A stretch of 64,000 bases of DNA from an uncultured Actinomycetes bacterium. Its GTDB lineage: Bacteria; Actinomycetota; Thermoleophilia; Solirubrobacterales; Solirubrobacteraceae. The notes under the pieces were generated by a model. It saw only the letters and a list, made by a program, of their open reading frames with translations. It did not search any database and was not told the origin of the DNA. Positions 9,346 through 18,633 of the stretch are shown piece by piece. Both the position numbers and the translations under genes were made by a program. The stretch is from assembly GCA_963757705.1 (NCBI GenBank), contig CAVWTG010000005.1:9149-73148 (forward strand), given 5' to 3'. The stretch's first letter is position 1. The number at the start of each line of letters is the position of its first letter.

Positions 9346-11003
9346 GGCGCCTCGCCCCGCTCGCGATCGCCGTGCTCGCGGCGATCGGCGTCGCCGCCCC
9401 CGCCGGCGCCGCCACCGATCAGGAGGCGATGTTCCAGGACGACGCCATGCTCGTGTATCCGTCTCGCGCCGAGGTCGGCCACACGCTGGACACGCTGCAG
9501 GCGCTGGGCGTCGACCGGATCCGCGTGACCGTGTACTGGCGGCTCGTGGCGCCGAACGCCGACTCGCAGTCGCACCCGGCGTTCGCCGGCGGCGAGGGCG
9601 ATCCGAACTCCTATCCCAAGGCCAACTGGAAGCGCTACGACGACCTCGTGCGCCTGGCCTACGACCGCGGCATCGGCGTCAACTTCGACGTCGCCGGCCC
9701 GGCGCCCGACTGGGCCTCGTCGGGCCTGGGCGGCTACGCGAACCCCTCGGCGGGCGACTTCGGCGCCTTCGTGCAGGCCGTGGGCGCGCGCTACACCGGC
9801 GCGTTCACTCCCCCGCCCGACCAGCAGAACGCGCCTCCCCCGCCGCCCAAGAACCCCAACCCGCTTCCCGTCCCGCTCCCCAGCCTCGGGGACTCGAACA
9901 CGCAGCAGGTCTCGGCCCAGTCGGACGGGACGCTGCCGCGCGTCAACTACTGGTCGTTCTACAACGAGCCCAACCAGCGCGTCTTCATGATGCCCCAGTA
10001 CGTCAACCGCCACGAGGCGTCGCCGCGCATCTACCGCGGCCTGGTCGACGCCGGCTGGAAGGGTCTGGCGGCGACCGGTCACGGCGGCGACTTCGTGATC
10101 GTCGGCGACACGGCTCCGAAGGGCGGCGGCGAGCGTGATCCGGCGGCGAACATGCGCCCGCTGCGTTTCGTGCGTGCGCTGTACTGCGTCGGCTCGCGGC
10201 TGCGCCCGCTCACCGGCGCGACCGCGCGGGCGCTCGGCTGCCCCGACCGCAACCAGGTCCGCGACTTCCCCGCCCAGCACCCCGCGCTCTTCCACGCCGC
10301 CGGCTACGCCCACCATCCGTACTCGCTGCTCACCCCGCCCGCGATCCCGTCGCGCAACCCCGACGACGTGGGCATGGCCGACCTGGGCCGGCTCAGCTCG
10401 GCCCTGCGCCGGATCTTCGGCGCCTACCGGGTCGGCGGCGGCGGGCTGGCGATCTTCAACACCGAGTTCGGCTACCAGAGCCGGCCGCCCGACCCGTTCG
10501 GCTTCCCCCAGCCGCTCCAGGCCGCCTACATCAATCAGGCCGAGTACATGTCCTACGTGAACCCGCGCGTGCGCTCGACCCACCAGTTCCTGCTCGAGGA
10601 CGCGCCGCCCTACACCCAGTTCCCGGCCAACAGCTACCAGTACTGGGGCAGCTTCCAGACCGGCCTGCTCGAGCACGACGGCAAGGTCAAGCAGGCGCTG
10701 GCCGCGTATCGCATGCCGATCTTCATCCCCGCCGCACGCCGTCGCCACGCGGGCATCTTCCGCGTGTGGGGCGGGGCGCGGCCCGCGCCCAACGGCTCGC
10801 GCCAGACCCTCCAGGTCCAGTACCGCCGCAACGTCCGCGGCGCGAAGTGGCGCACCCGCAAGAGCGTCACGACCCGCCGGATCCGCAACTACGTCGACAC
10901 CCACGTGCGCCTCACGCACACCGGCGCGGTGCGCCTGCGCTGGGCCAAGCCCGGCGGCGGCGTGCTGTTCAGCCGCGCGGCGGGCGTGCGGATCGGGCGC
11001 TAG
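9342..11003 (+). CDS. Secreted clan GH-A-like glycoside hydrolase (family not assigned)
   Basis: GTG 9342 overlaps the upstream stop (GTGA). A signal peptide VRRLAPLAIAVLAAIGVAAPAGAA is present. TIM-barrel-like motifs are YWSFYNEPN (acid/base NEP) and IFNTEFGY (nucleophile-like). This is the last 553 codons of track ORF 7026..11003. Confidence 0.6.
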   Translation: MRRLAPLAIAVLAAIGVAAPAGAATDQEAMFQDDAMLVYPSRAEVGHTLDTLQALGVDRIRVTVYWRLVAPNADSQSHPAFAGGEGDPNSYPKANWKRYDDLVRLAYDRGIGVNFDVAGPAPDWASSGLGGYANPSAGDFGAFVQAVGARYTGAFTPPPDQQNAPPPPPKNPNPLPVPLPSLGDSNTQQVSAQSDGTLPRVNYWSFYNEPNQRVFMMPQYVNRHEASPRIYRGLVDAGWKGLAATGHGGDFVIVGDTAPKGGGERDPAANMRPLRFVRALYCVGSRLRPLTGATARALGCPDRNQVRDFPAQHPALFHAAGYAHHPYSLLTPPAIPSRNPDDVGMADLGRLSSALRRIFGAYRVGGGGLAIFNTEFGYQSRPPDPFGFPQPLQAAYINQAEYMSYVNPRVRSTHQFLLEDAPPYTQFPANSYQYWGSFQTGLLEHDGKVKQALAAYRMPIFIPAARRRHAGIFRVWGGARPAPNGSRQTLQVQYRRNVRGAKWRTRKSVTTRRIRNYVDTHVRLTHTGAVRLRWAKPGGGVLFSRAAGVRIGR

Positions 11004-11977
11004 GTGTAAGTCCCGAGGAGGTTGTTCCGTTCTGTGAGGCGGGCGATCGGGGGTTGGTGGCCGAGGGCTGAGTGTTTGCGGTGGTGGTTGTAGCGAAACA
11101 GCCAGGCGTCGAGGGCTGCGGTGCGTTCGTTTGAGGAGCCGTAGATCGCGCCGTAGGCCCAGCCGCCGAGCAGGGTGCGGATAAAGCGCTCGGCTTTGCC
11201 GTTGGTCTGGGGTCGGTAGGGGCGGGTGCGCAGGTGGCGGATGCCCAAGGTTCGGCAGGCGATCGCGTGGATGGTGGAGCGGTAGGGCGAGCCATTGTCG
11301 GTCAGCAGCGCCTGGACGGTGATGCCGTAGCTGGCGTAGAAGGCGCGGGCGCGCTTGAGGAACGCGATCGCGGTGGTGGCCTTCTCGTCAGCGAGGACCT
11401 CGGCATAGGCCAGGCGGGTGGCGTCGTCGATCGCGATGTGCACGTAGTCCCAGCCGATGACCTTGCGGTCGCGGCCGTCGGCCAGCCGCTGGGTGCGCCG
11501 GGGATTGCGCTTGACGGCAGTGAAGCGCTTGCCAGCGCCGCCGTGGATGCGACCCAGCTTCTTGACGTCGATGTGGACCAGCTCGCCAGGACGCTCGCGC
11601 TCATAGCGCCGCGCCGCCTCCAGGCCCAGCCGGCCCAGCTTGCCCATCCCGATCCGAGTCAAGATCCCCGACACCGTCGACAAGGGCCGACCGAGCAGCT
11701 CGGCGATTTCGGGGCCGGTGAACCGCACCCGGCGCAAGGCAGCGATCACCGCGATCGTGTCTTCGGCGGTTCGGTTGGCCACCGTCTGGGGCGCCGAAGA
11801 GCGATCCACCAGACCCTCTGGGCCCTCCTCGCGCCAGCGCGCTAGCCAGCGACGCGCGGTGCGGTCGGTGATTCCGGCGGCCGCGGCCGCCTCCATCACC
11901 GACCACCCCGTCGCCACACGATCAACCAACAGCCGGCGACTATTCGGACAGGTCCTGGCGTTAGCGTGAAGCTTCAT
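11000..11977 (-). CDS. IS481-family DDE transposase
   Basis: Track ORF 11000..12016. The likely start is MKLHANARTCPNSRRLLV (ATG 11977). It has an N-terminal HTH, then HIDVKKLGRI...WDYVHIAIDDATRLAY...LTDNGSPY...RPYRPQTNGKAERFIRTL. The stop codon lies in the duplicated target CTAG just outside the IR. Confidence 0.92.
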   Translation of the reverse strand: MKLHANARTCPNSRRLLVDRVATGWSVMEAAAAAGITDRTARRWLARWREEGPEGLVDRSSAPQTVANRTAEDTIAVIAALRRVRFTGPEIAELLGRPLSTVSGILTRIGMGKLGRLGLEAARRYERERPGELVHIDVKKLGRIHGGAGKRFTAVKRNPRRTQRLADGRDRKVIGWDYVHIAIDDATRLAYAEVLADEKATTAIAFLKRARAFYASYGITVQALLTDNGSPYRSTIHAIACRTLGIRHLRTRPYRPQTNGKAERFIRTLLGGWAYGAIYGSSNERTAALDAWLFRYNHHRKHSALGHQPPIARLTERNNLLGTYT

Positions 11978-12074
11978 CCGGTGTCCTCCTTGGGACTGAT
12001 TGGCGTCAACACCCATCAGCCTCCAAGGGGGCCCGGATGAACCCCCTCACGGACCAACGTCCTCAGGAACTACA
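11005..12074 (-). mobile_element. IS481-family insertion sequence, complete (1070 bp)
   Basis: Imperfect terminal inverted repeats: TGTAAGTCCCGAGGAGGTTGTTCCG versus the reverse complement of the right end, TGTAGTTCCTGAGGACGTTGGTCCG (20 of 25 match). It is flanked by the direct repeat GCTAGG at 10999-11004 and 12075-12080, matching the NCTAGN target known for IS481. It contains a single DDE transposase ORF. Confidence 0.9.
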
Positions 12075-12104
12075 GCTAGGGCGCGCACGGCGCCGCCCGG
12101 CCCT

Positions 12105-12191
12105 GGGCGCCCCTGAGGGGGTGCCGGGCTCACGCGGGCCCGCTCGCCGTGCCGAGCGCTGGGCATTGAGGGGAGCGCCCGAGGGGGTGCC
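12105..12191. repeat. Two copies of a GC-rich hairpin motif in a convergent intergenic region
   Basis: GGGCGCCCCTGAGGGGGTGCCG (12105-12126) and GGAGCGCCCGAGGGGGTGCCG (12171-12191). Each can fold as a stem of about 6-8 bp (with a G-T pair) and a 3-4 nt loop. Confidence 0.5.
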
Positions 12192-12313
12192 GCAAGTTTG
12201 TCACCCAGGAGGAGACTGGATTGCCTCACCCCCTCCGAACCACCCCTGATCGAGCCGTTTTCGGACCCGGCCCGGCCGTCGGGCCCCAGGGCACAGGGGC
12301 CCAGGGCCCGCGC

Positions 12314-13492
12314 CTACACCCCCACCCGCGCCGGGGCATCCTCGACCAGGTGCGAGGGGAGGGAGCCCGGGCCGCCGCGGTCGCGGACCTCGAGGAGCAG
12401 GGCCTCGTACTCGTCGGCGACCGCGTCCCACGAGTAGCGCTCGGCCCGCTCTCGCGCTCGCTCGCGGAAGGACTCGACGAGCTCGGGCTCGGTGAGCACC
12501 CGCTGAAGCTGGGCGGCCAGGGACGAGACCCCCTCGCGGCCCGAGAAGTACAGCCCGGCGTCGCCGACGGTCTCGACGTTGGGCGCGTGGTCGTTGACGA
12601 GCACGCAGTTGCCGGCGGCGAGCGCCTCGAGGATCACCGGGTGGGTGCCGCCGACCTCGGTCGGCGCGCAGAAGCAGTAGGCGTGGCGCTGGAGCTCCCA
12701 GTAGCCGCGGCCGAAGACGTAGCCCGGGAAGACCACCCGCGGGTCGGCCGCTGCGCATGACCGCGCGGATGTACTCGTCGGCGTAGGGCGCGCCGCCGAC
12801 GACGACGAGCTTCATGTCGCGCGCTCGCCCGTCGTCGATCCGGGCGAACGCCTCGACGAGCAGGTGCGGGTTGTTCTCCGGCTCCAGGCGCCCGACGAAC
12901 AGGATGTACTTGCGCCGGCTCCAGACCCAGGCGCTCGAGCGTGCCGTCGCCGTCATAGCCCGGGTCCTCGACGCCGTAGGGCACGACGCCGATCCGCTCG
13001 GCCGTAGCGGCGCTCGAAGACCTCGGCGACCGCGTGGGAGTCGGTGATCGCCTCGTCCGCCCAGCGCGGCGACGTGCGCTCGGCGAAGCGCAGGTAGGCC
13101 TTGGCCAGCCGCGGCCACTTGCGCCGCTCCGAGTCCAGGCCGTCGACGTTGATGACCGTCGGGATCCCCGCCGCCCGGGTGATCAGGCACATCGGGCTGT
13201 TGCCGGCGATGAAGAACAGCGCGACGTCGGGATGCAGGCGCCGCGCGGCGTGCAGCGAGGAGAGGAACGTGTGGGCGAACGTGTCGAGGTACTTGTTGCG
13301 CACCGTCGGGCAGGTGGACCAGCCGCGCGCCCTTGTACTCCTCCAGCGGCGGGTCGACCACGTGCGGGCGGCAGTAGACGACGACCTCGTGGCCCGCGCT
13401 CGCTCAGGCGCGAGGCGAGCTGCTCCGCGGCCGTCTCGAAGCCGCGAGTAGGAGGCGGGGATGCCGCGCGTTCCGAGGATCGCGAGTCTCAT
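12314..13492 (-). pseudogene. Glycosyltransferase family 4 (DUF1972-type N-terminus), multiple frameshifts
   Basis: Conserved segments lie in rotating frames: MRLAILGTRGIPASY / GFETAAEQLASRLSERG / HEVVVYCRPHVVDPPLEEYKGARLVHLP / TVRNKYLDTFAHTFLSS...INVDGLDSERRKW...AEVFERRYG / AERIGVVPYGVEDPGYDG / RKYILFVGRLEPENNPHLLVEAF...KLVVVGGAPYADEY / DPRVVFPGYVFGRGYWELQRHAYCFCAPTEVGGTHPVILEALAAGNCVLV. The pieces come from track ORFs 12953..14326, 12201..13361, 12634..12984 and 12314..12736. Confidence 0.8.
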
Positions 13493-14484
13493 CGCCGCGG
13501 CCAAGGTATACGCCTCCACGTGGGCGCGCGCGGCCGCCACCCAGGAGAAGCCCGCCGCGCGCTGCGCGGCCTCGGCGGCCCAGCTCGCGCCGGCGCTCCG
13601 CCTCCCCCGCGACCCGGGCCAGCGCGTCCGCGAGGTCCGCGGCGTCGCGCGGGTCGAAGTACTCGCGCGCAGTCCCCACAGGTCTCGACGACGCCGGGGC
13701 TGCGCGCCGCGATCACCGGGACGCCGGCGTGCATCGCCTCCAGGGCGGTCAGCCCGAAGCCCTCGTGCAGGGAGGGGAGGACGAGGGCGATCGCCTCGGC
13801 GTAGAGCTCGGCGAGCCGCGCCGCCGGCACCCGCTCCCCCGCCGAGCCGGCGACGACGAGCGGCGGGGCATCGGCCAGGAGGCCGTGCGCCTCTCGCAGC
13901 AGCCCCAGGTTCTTGCGCGGCTCGTCGTCGCCGACGTAGAGGAAGTGACGCTCGGCGGCCGGCGGATCGGGCCGTGGCGCCGGCTCCTGCCCGGGACCAT
14001 GGAGGCGCGACGACGATCCGCTCGCGCGGGACGCCCCACAGCGCCGCCGCGTCGGTGGCGGTCGTCCGCGAGACGCACACGACCGCGTCCGCGCGCCGCG
14101 CCGCCGCGCGGTGGGCCCGGCGCGCGAAGGCACGAAAGCGCGGGTCGAAGCACTCGGGCAACCGCTCGAACGCGAGGTCGTGCAGCGTGACGACCTGGGC
14201 GGGGCCTCCGGTCCGCGACGCCGCGGCGGGCAGCGCGTGGTGGATGACGTCGGCGCCCGCGGCCCGCGCCCGGCGCGGCAGCTCGAGCGCGCGTCCAGCG
14301 CCGGTCCTCGGCGGCGTTTCGCGCACGCGCCCAGGCCGCCGCCCGCCGGGGCGCGGCGGCGCTCGTTCGCCGCCTCGACGACCTCGACGCCGAGCCCGCG
14401 CAGGGCGGGGACCAGGCGCTCGAGGTAGACGCCGGTCCCGCTCGGGCCTCGCAGGGCGAACGTCGTGTCGATGAGGACCCGCAT
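13489..14484 (-). pseudogene. Glycosyltransferase family 4, multiple frameshifts
   Basis: The gene is spread over three frames. Segments in order: MRVLIDTTFALRGPSGTGVYLERLVPAL; ADVIHHALPAA...VVTLHDLAFERLPECFDPRF...VVCVSRTTATDAAALWGVPRERIVVAP; HGPGQEPAP...HFLYVGDDEPRKNLGLLREA...LVLPSLHEGFGLTALEAMHAGVPVIAA; YFDPRDAADLADALARV; FSWVAAARAHVEAY. Confidence 0.75.
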
Positions 14485-15041
14485 CGCCGGGCGCGGGCGA
14501 GGAGAAGCTCCTCGCCGTGGGCGGTCACCTCGACCTCGGTGAACCCCATGTCCGTGAGCAGCGCGGCCAGGGACGAGCGCGAGTAGAAGCGCAGGTGCTG
14601 CCCGCGCGGGTCGGGGGGCACCCGCAGCCGCTCGACGCGGGGCGTGGTCACCGCCAGGCGCCCGCCGGGCCGCAGCACCCGGCGCACCTCGTTGACCCAG
14701 CCCTCGGTGTCGGCGACGTGCTCGATCACCTCGCTGGCCCACACGACGTCGAAGGCCCCGTCCGCGAACGGCCAGGGCCCGTGGGCCTCGATGCGCACGT
14801 ACTCGGCGCCCGGCGCCCGCTCCCGGGCGCGGCTCAGCGCCGCCTCGGCGATGTCCGCGCCCGTCACGACGGCGCCCGCCTCGAGCAGCGAGCCCACGAA
14901 CGGACCGTCCCCGCACCCGAGGTCGAGCACCCGGTCGCCGGCCCGAACGCCGGCCAGCAGGAAGTCGCGGCGGACCTCGAGGTGCGGCGGCTCGAGGTCG
15001 GGCGGCAGCTCGCGCCAGACCTCCTCGTACCACTCCCTCAT
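14484..15041 (-). CDS. Class I SAM-dependent methyltransferase (3' end/stop unclear)
   Basis: ATG 15041 overlaps the upstream stop (ATGA). Translation is MREWYEEVW...RVLDLGCGDGPFVGSLLEAGAVVTGADIAEAAL...DVVWASEVIEHV...LRPGGRLAVTTP. There is no stop at the end of the domain, and the frame reads on to 13749 through the next gene, so the native terminus is probably lost or shifted. Confidence 0.65.
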
Positions 15042-15826
15042 CGCCGCCCCCACCACTTCCCGGCCAGCCGTGCCAGGCGCCGCGGGTCGAGCCGCGCCCG
15101 CGCGCGTGAGCGGTGCCAGCCCTGGTCGCCCCACCACTCCGCCAGCGCGTCGCGCGCCCGGTAGGGCGGCAGGTCGAGGAACATCGAGAAGCCCCGGGCC
15201 TCGCGCTCGTAGCGGCGAAAGCAGGCGCGCAGGGGCTCGCGGCTGTGGTCGTGCTCGACGGCCAGCGCCGGGTCCAGGACGCACACGCTCCCCCGTTCCA
15301 GCGCCCAGCCGGACCACTCACGGTCCTCGGTGCCCGGCAGGTCCTCGCGAAACGGGCGCTCGCGCCACAGGTCGCGGCGGAATCCCCCCGCCGAGTTCGA
15401 GTAGCCCCAGAACGGGTTGCGCGCCAGCATCCCCGCGTCCTGGCGCACCGGGCCGGCCAGGGCGCCGCCGGCCTCGTCGCGGGCCTCGCCGTAGGCGCAG
15501 GCCACGCTCGCCTCGTCAAACCACGCCACCATCCGCTCCAGCCAGCCCGGGTCCGGCGGGAACGCATGCGCCGACAGGGCCACGACCACCGGAGCTGCGG
15601 CGCGCTGCGCGCCCAGGTTCAGAGCGTGCCCGTAGGTGAAGCGGTCCGGAGCGAGATCGATCACCGCCGCCCCGTGGCGGCGGGCGATGTCGGGGGTCGC
15701 GTCATGCGAGCCCGAGTCGACCACGATGACCTCGTGGTCGACGGTCTGGGCGGCGAGCAGATCGAGCGTGCGCCCGATCGCGCCCGCCTCGTCGCGCGCG
15801 CGGATGACGACGCTGGCCTGCTGCAT
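15038..15826 (-). CDS. Glycosyltransferase family 2
   Basis: Track ORF 15038..15874. The likely start is MQQASVVIRARDEAGAIGRTLDLLAAQTVDHEVIVVDSGSHDAT. It is a GT2 N-terminal Rossmann-like domain. Confidence 0.8.
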   Translation of the reverse strand: MQQASVVIRARDEAGAIGRTLDLLAAQTVDHEVIVVDSGSHDATPDIARRHGAAVIDLAPDRFTYGHALNLGAQRAAAPVVVALSAHAFPPDPGWLERMVAWFDEASVACAYGEARDEAGGALAGPVRQDAGMLARNPFWGYSNSAGGFRRDLWRERPFREDLPGTEDREWSGWALERGSVCVLDPALAVEHDHSREPLRACFRRYEREARGFSMFLDLPPYRARDALAEWWGDQGWHRSRARARLDPRRLARLAGKWWGRR

Positions 15827-15851
15827 CGGGCGAAGGCTAACCTTGGCGGCG

Positions 15852-16598
15852 ATGGCGGCTCGCCTCCGCGACATCGCCTACCGGGAGACGCCGGCCTCGC
15901 CCGGGCTGCGCGGCCTCGTCTCGCGCGGATGGATCGTGGAGAGCCTGCACGACGCGCAGCACGACGTCCTGCCCGACGGATGGACGGACATCGTGCACGT
16001 CGAGGGCCGCCCCGCCCGCGTGGCCGGGGTGGACACCGGCCCCGTGCCGGTGCCCCGGCGGCGGGGCTCGGTCGCCGTCGGGCTGCGCCTCGCCCCGGCC
16101 GCGGCGCCCGCCCTGCTGGGGGTCCCGGCGAGCGAGCTGCGCGACCGCCGCATCGAGCTGAGCGAGCTGTGGGGCGACGCCGGCCGGCGGCTGGACGAGG
16201 CGCTGCACGCGGCGCGTTCGCCCGCCCAGCGCCTGCGCGCGCTGGAGGACGCGGTCGCCGGCCGGGCGCCGCGCGCCGGGCCCCTGGACCGCGCGGTGGG
16301 CGCGGCTACGGCGCAGCTGCGGCGGCGTCCCTCCACCGGAGTCGCGTTGCTGGGCGACGCCCTCGGGCTCAGCGACCGCCAGCTGCGCCGCCGCTTCCAC
16401 GCGGGGGTCGGCTACGGCCCGAAGGTCTTCGCGCGGATCGCGCGCTTCCAGCGCCTGCTCGGCCTGGCCGAGCGCCGGCCGCCGGCCCGGGGCGAGCTGG
16501 CGGCGCTGGCGCTCGACGCCGGGTACGCCGACCAGGCCCATATGACCGAGGAGTGCAGCCGCCTGGCCGGCCTGCCTCCCGCGCGACTCCTGGGCTGA
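15852..16598 (+). CDS. AraC-family transcriptional regulator
   Basis: ATG 15852 (MAARLRDIAYRETPASPGL...), divergent from the GT2 gene. A C-terminal HTH pair is present: LGLSDRQLRRRFHAGVGYGPKVFARIARFQRLL...LAALALDAGYADQAHMTEECSRLAG. Confidence 0.75.
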   Translation: MAARLRDIAYRETPASPGLRGLVSRGWIVESLHDAQHDVLPDGWTDIVHVEGRPARVAGVDTGPVPVPRRRGSVAVGLRLAPAAAPALLGVPASELRDRRIELSELWGDAGRRLDEALHAARSPAQRLRALEDAVAGRAPRAGPLDRAVGAATAQLRRRPSTGVALLGDALGLSDRQLRRRFHAGVGYGPKVFARIARFQRLLGLAERRPPARGELAALALDAGYADQAHMTEECSRLAGLPPARLLG

Positions 16599-16650
16599 GC
16601 GCGTCCGTTTCGTCAAAGAAGGCCCGGGCGCGCGGGCGTAGGCTCGCCCC

Positions 16651-17526
16651 ATGTCCTCCCCGGAACCCGACCTCGAGCGCGCGGCCGAGTTCGTCGCCCT
16701 CAACGCGCGGCTGATCGACCGCCGCCGCTTCGCCCTGCACTTCGCCGGCGGCGACCCGGGCGCCCTGGTCGACGCCCTGCGGCCCTACGCCAACCCCGAC
16801 GGCGGGTTCGGCAACGCCCTGGAGCCCGACCTGCGCGCGGCCGAGAGCCAGCCCCAGCCGGTGGCGCTGGCCTTCGAGACGCTCGACGAGGCGGGGGCGT
16901 TCGACGACCCGATCGTGGTGCGCGCGTGCGACTGGCTCGTCACGATCACGACGCCCGACGGCGGCGTTCCGGGCGTGCTCGAGTCCGCCCTGGCCTCGCC
17001 CCGGGCGCCCTGGTGGCAGCCGCCGCCCGGCGATGAGCGCGGATCGATGGCCGTCACGCCGGTCATCGCGGCCCTCCTGCACAGGCACGGCGTGGAGCAT
17101 CCTTGGCGGGACGGCGCGACCGAGTTCTCCTGGCGGGGAGTCGAGGAGCTGGATTTCACCGGCGCCTACGACGCCCGCGGCGCCGTCACGTTCCTCGACC
17201 ACGCGCCCGACCGCGAGCGCGCCGAAGCGGAGATGGAGCGCATCGGGCCGCGGCTGCTGGAGTCCGGCCTCGTCGCCGTCGATCCCGGCGCCGAGGGCGA
17301 GACCCACACTCCGCTGGACTTCGCGCCGGCGCCTGGGCGCCTGAGCCGGGCCGCGTTCGACGCCGCGCTGATCGAGCGCCACCTCGACGCGCTGGCCGCC
17401 GCGCAGCTCGACGACGGCGGGTGGATGTTCAACTGGCTGGCCTGGGCGCCGGCCGTCACACTGGAATGGCGAGGCTGGCTGACGGTCCGGGCGCTGGGGG
17501 TACTCAGAGCCAACGGCCGCCTCTGA
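16651..17526 (+). CDS. Hypothetical protein, possibly alpha/alpha-toroid (prenyltransferase/terpene-cyclase-like repeats)
   Basis: ORF-track 291 aa with good codon bias. The assignment rests only on repeated DGGF/DGGV/DGGW motifs (NPDGGFGNALEPD, TPDGGVPGV, LDDGGWMFNW) and is weak. Confidence 0.4.
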   Translation: MSSPEPDLERAAEFVALNARLIDRRRFALHFAGGDPGALVDALRPYANPDGGFGNALEPDLRAAESQPQPVALAFETLDEAGAFDDPIVVRACDWLVTITTPDGGVPGVLESALASPRAPWWQPPPGDERGSMAVTPVIAALLHRHGVEHPWRDGATEFSWRGVEELDFTGAYDARGAVTFLDHAPDRERAEAEMERIGPRLLESGLVAVDPGAEGETHTPLDFAPAPGRLSRAAFDAALIERHLDALAAAQLDDGGWMFNWLAWAPAVTLEWRGWLTVRALGVLRANGRL

Positions 17527-17576
17527 GCCGATTGGACGGACGTCACTGATCGGTCGGGCGCGGGTATGGTCGCCGC

Positions 17577-18633
17577 GTGGACCGTGGTCGCCTGCTCGCC
17601 GTGGCCCCCGTGGCCGAGCCGGGCGGGGCCGAGACGACGTTGCTGCGCCTCCTGCGCGAGCTGGACGCCAGGGGCTGGAGCGTCACCCTCACCGTGCCCG
17701 GCCCGGGGCGCCTGCGCGACGCCGCGCTCGACGCCGGCCATTCCGTCGAGGCGCTTCATCTGGGCGGGCTGGAGCGCCGGACCGGCGCCCCCGCGCTGCG
17801 CTCGTGGCCGCGGGCCCGCCGCCTGGCCCGCGAGGCCGACGTCGTGATCCTCAACGGGAGCGTGTCCGGCCGCCTGCTTCCCGCCCTGCGCGGCCTGCCC
17901 GCCCGGACCGTGCTCAGCGTCCACGACGTCGTCGAGCGCGTCCCGCGGATGTGGACGTCGGCCGACGTCGTCCTCACCGCCTCCCGGGCGGTGGCGGACT
18001 CGCTCTCCCCGCTGCCCGCGCACGTCGTCTACGCACCGGTCGACCTCGACCCGCCCGAGGCGGAGGCCCCCTGGGCGTCCGGCGACGGGCCGGTGATCGG
18101 CTACGTCGGGCGCATCGAGCCGCGCAAGGCGCCGCTGGACCTGATCCGGGCCGCCCCGGCGATCACCGCGCGGCGCCCCGGGCGCCCGGATCGTGCTCGT
18201 CGGCGAGGACCCCTATGGCCTGGATCCCGCCTATACGGGCGACGTCGAGGTCGCGGCCCGCGAGGCCGGCGTGGAGCGCCACGGCTGGGTCGACAACGCG
18301 CCGGGCCTGATGCGCCACCTCGACGTGCTCGTGCTGCCCTCGCACCAGGAGCCCTTCGGCACGGTCCTCTCCGAGGCCATGGCCGTGGGTACGCCCGTCG
18401 TGGCCACGCGGGTCGGCGGGCTGCCCGAGGTCGTCGACGACGGCGTCACCGGGCGCCTGGTGGAGCCCGGAGACCCGGCGGCCATCGCCGCCGGCGTCCT
18501 GGACGTCCTCGAGCACCGCGACGAGATGGGCGCCCGGGCGCGCAGCGCCGCCGCGCGGTTCTCCACCGACGCCCACACCGACGCCGTGGAGCCCCTGCTC
18601 GTGCCGGCGCCCACCGGGACCGTGGCCGCGTGA
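17577..18633 (+). pseudogene. Glycosyltransferase family 4 with one frameshift
   Basis: The N-terminal part (MDRGRLLAVAPVAEPGGAETTLLRLL...GYVGRIEPRKAPLDLIRAAPAITARRPG) is in frame 0. The C-terminal part (RIVLVGEDPYG...VLVLPSHQEPFGTVLSEAMAVGTPVVATRVGGLPEVV) is in frame 1 (track ORF 18193..18633). The switch falls at the CCCCGGG run near 18175-18187. Confidence 0.75.

Noticed and set aside
12037-12249. Small ORFs (70 aa +, 60 aa -) in the gap right of the IS element
   Set aside because: They overlap the IS right end and the hairpin repeats, and they lack coding-type third-position bias and any motif.
13101-14474. Plus-strand ORFs 13034..13804, 13461..14474, 13729..14190
   Set aside because: They are antisense to the two frameshifted GT4 genes, whose conserved segments account for the region. 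The products are Arg/Ala/Pro-rich.
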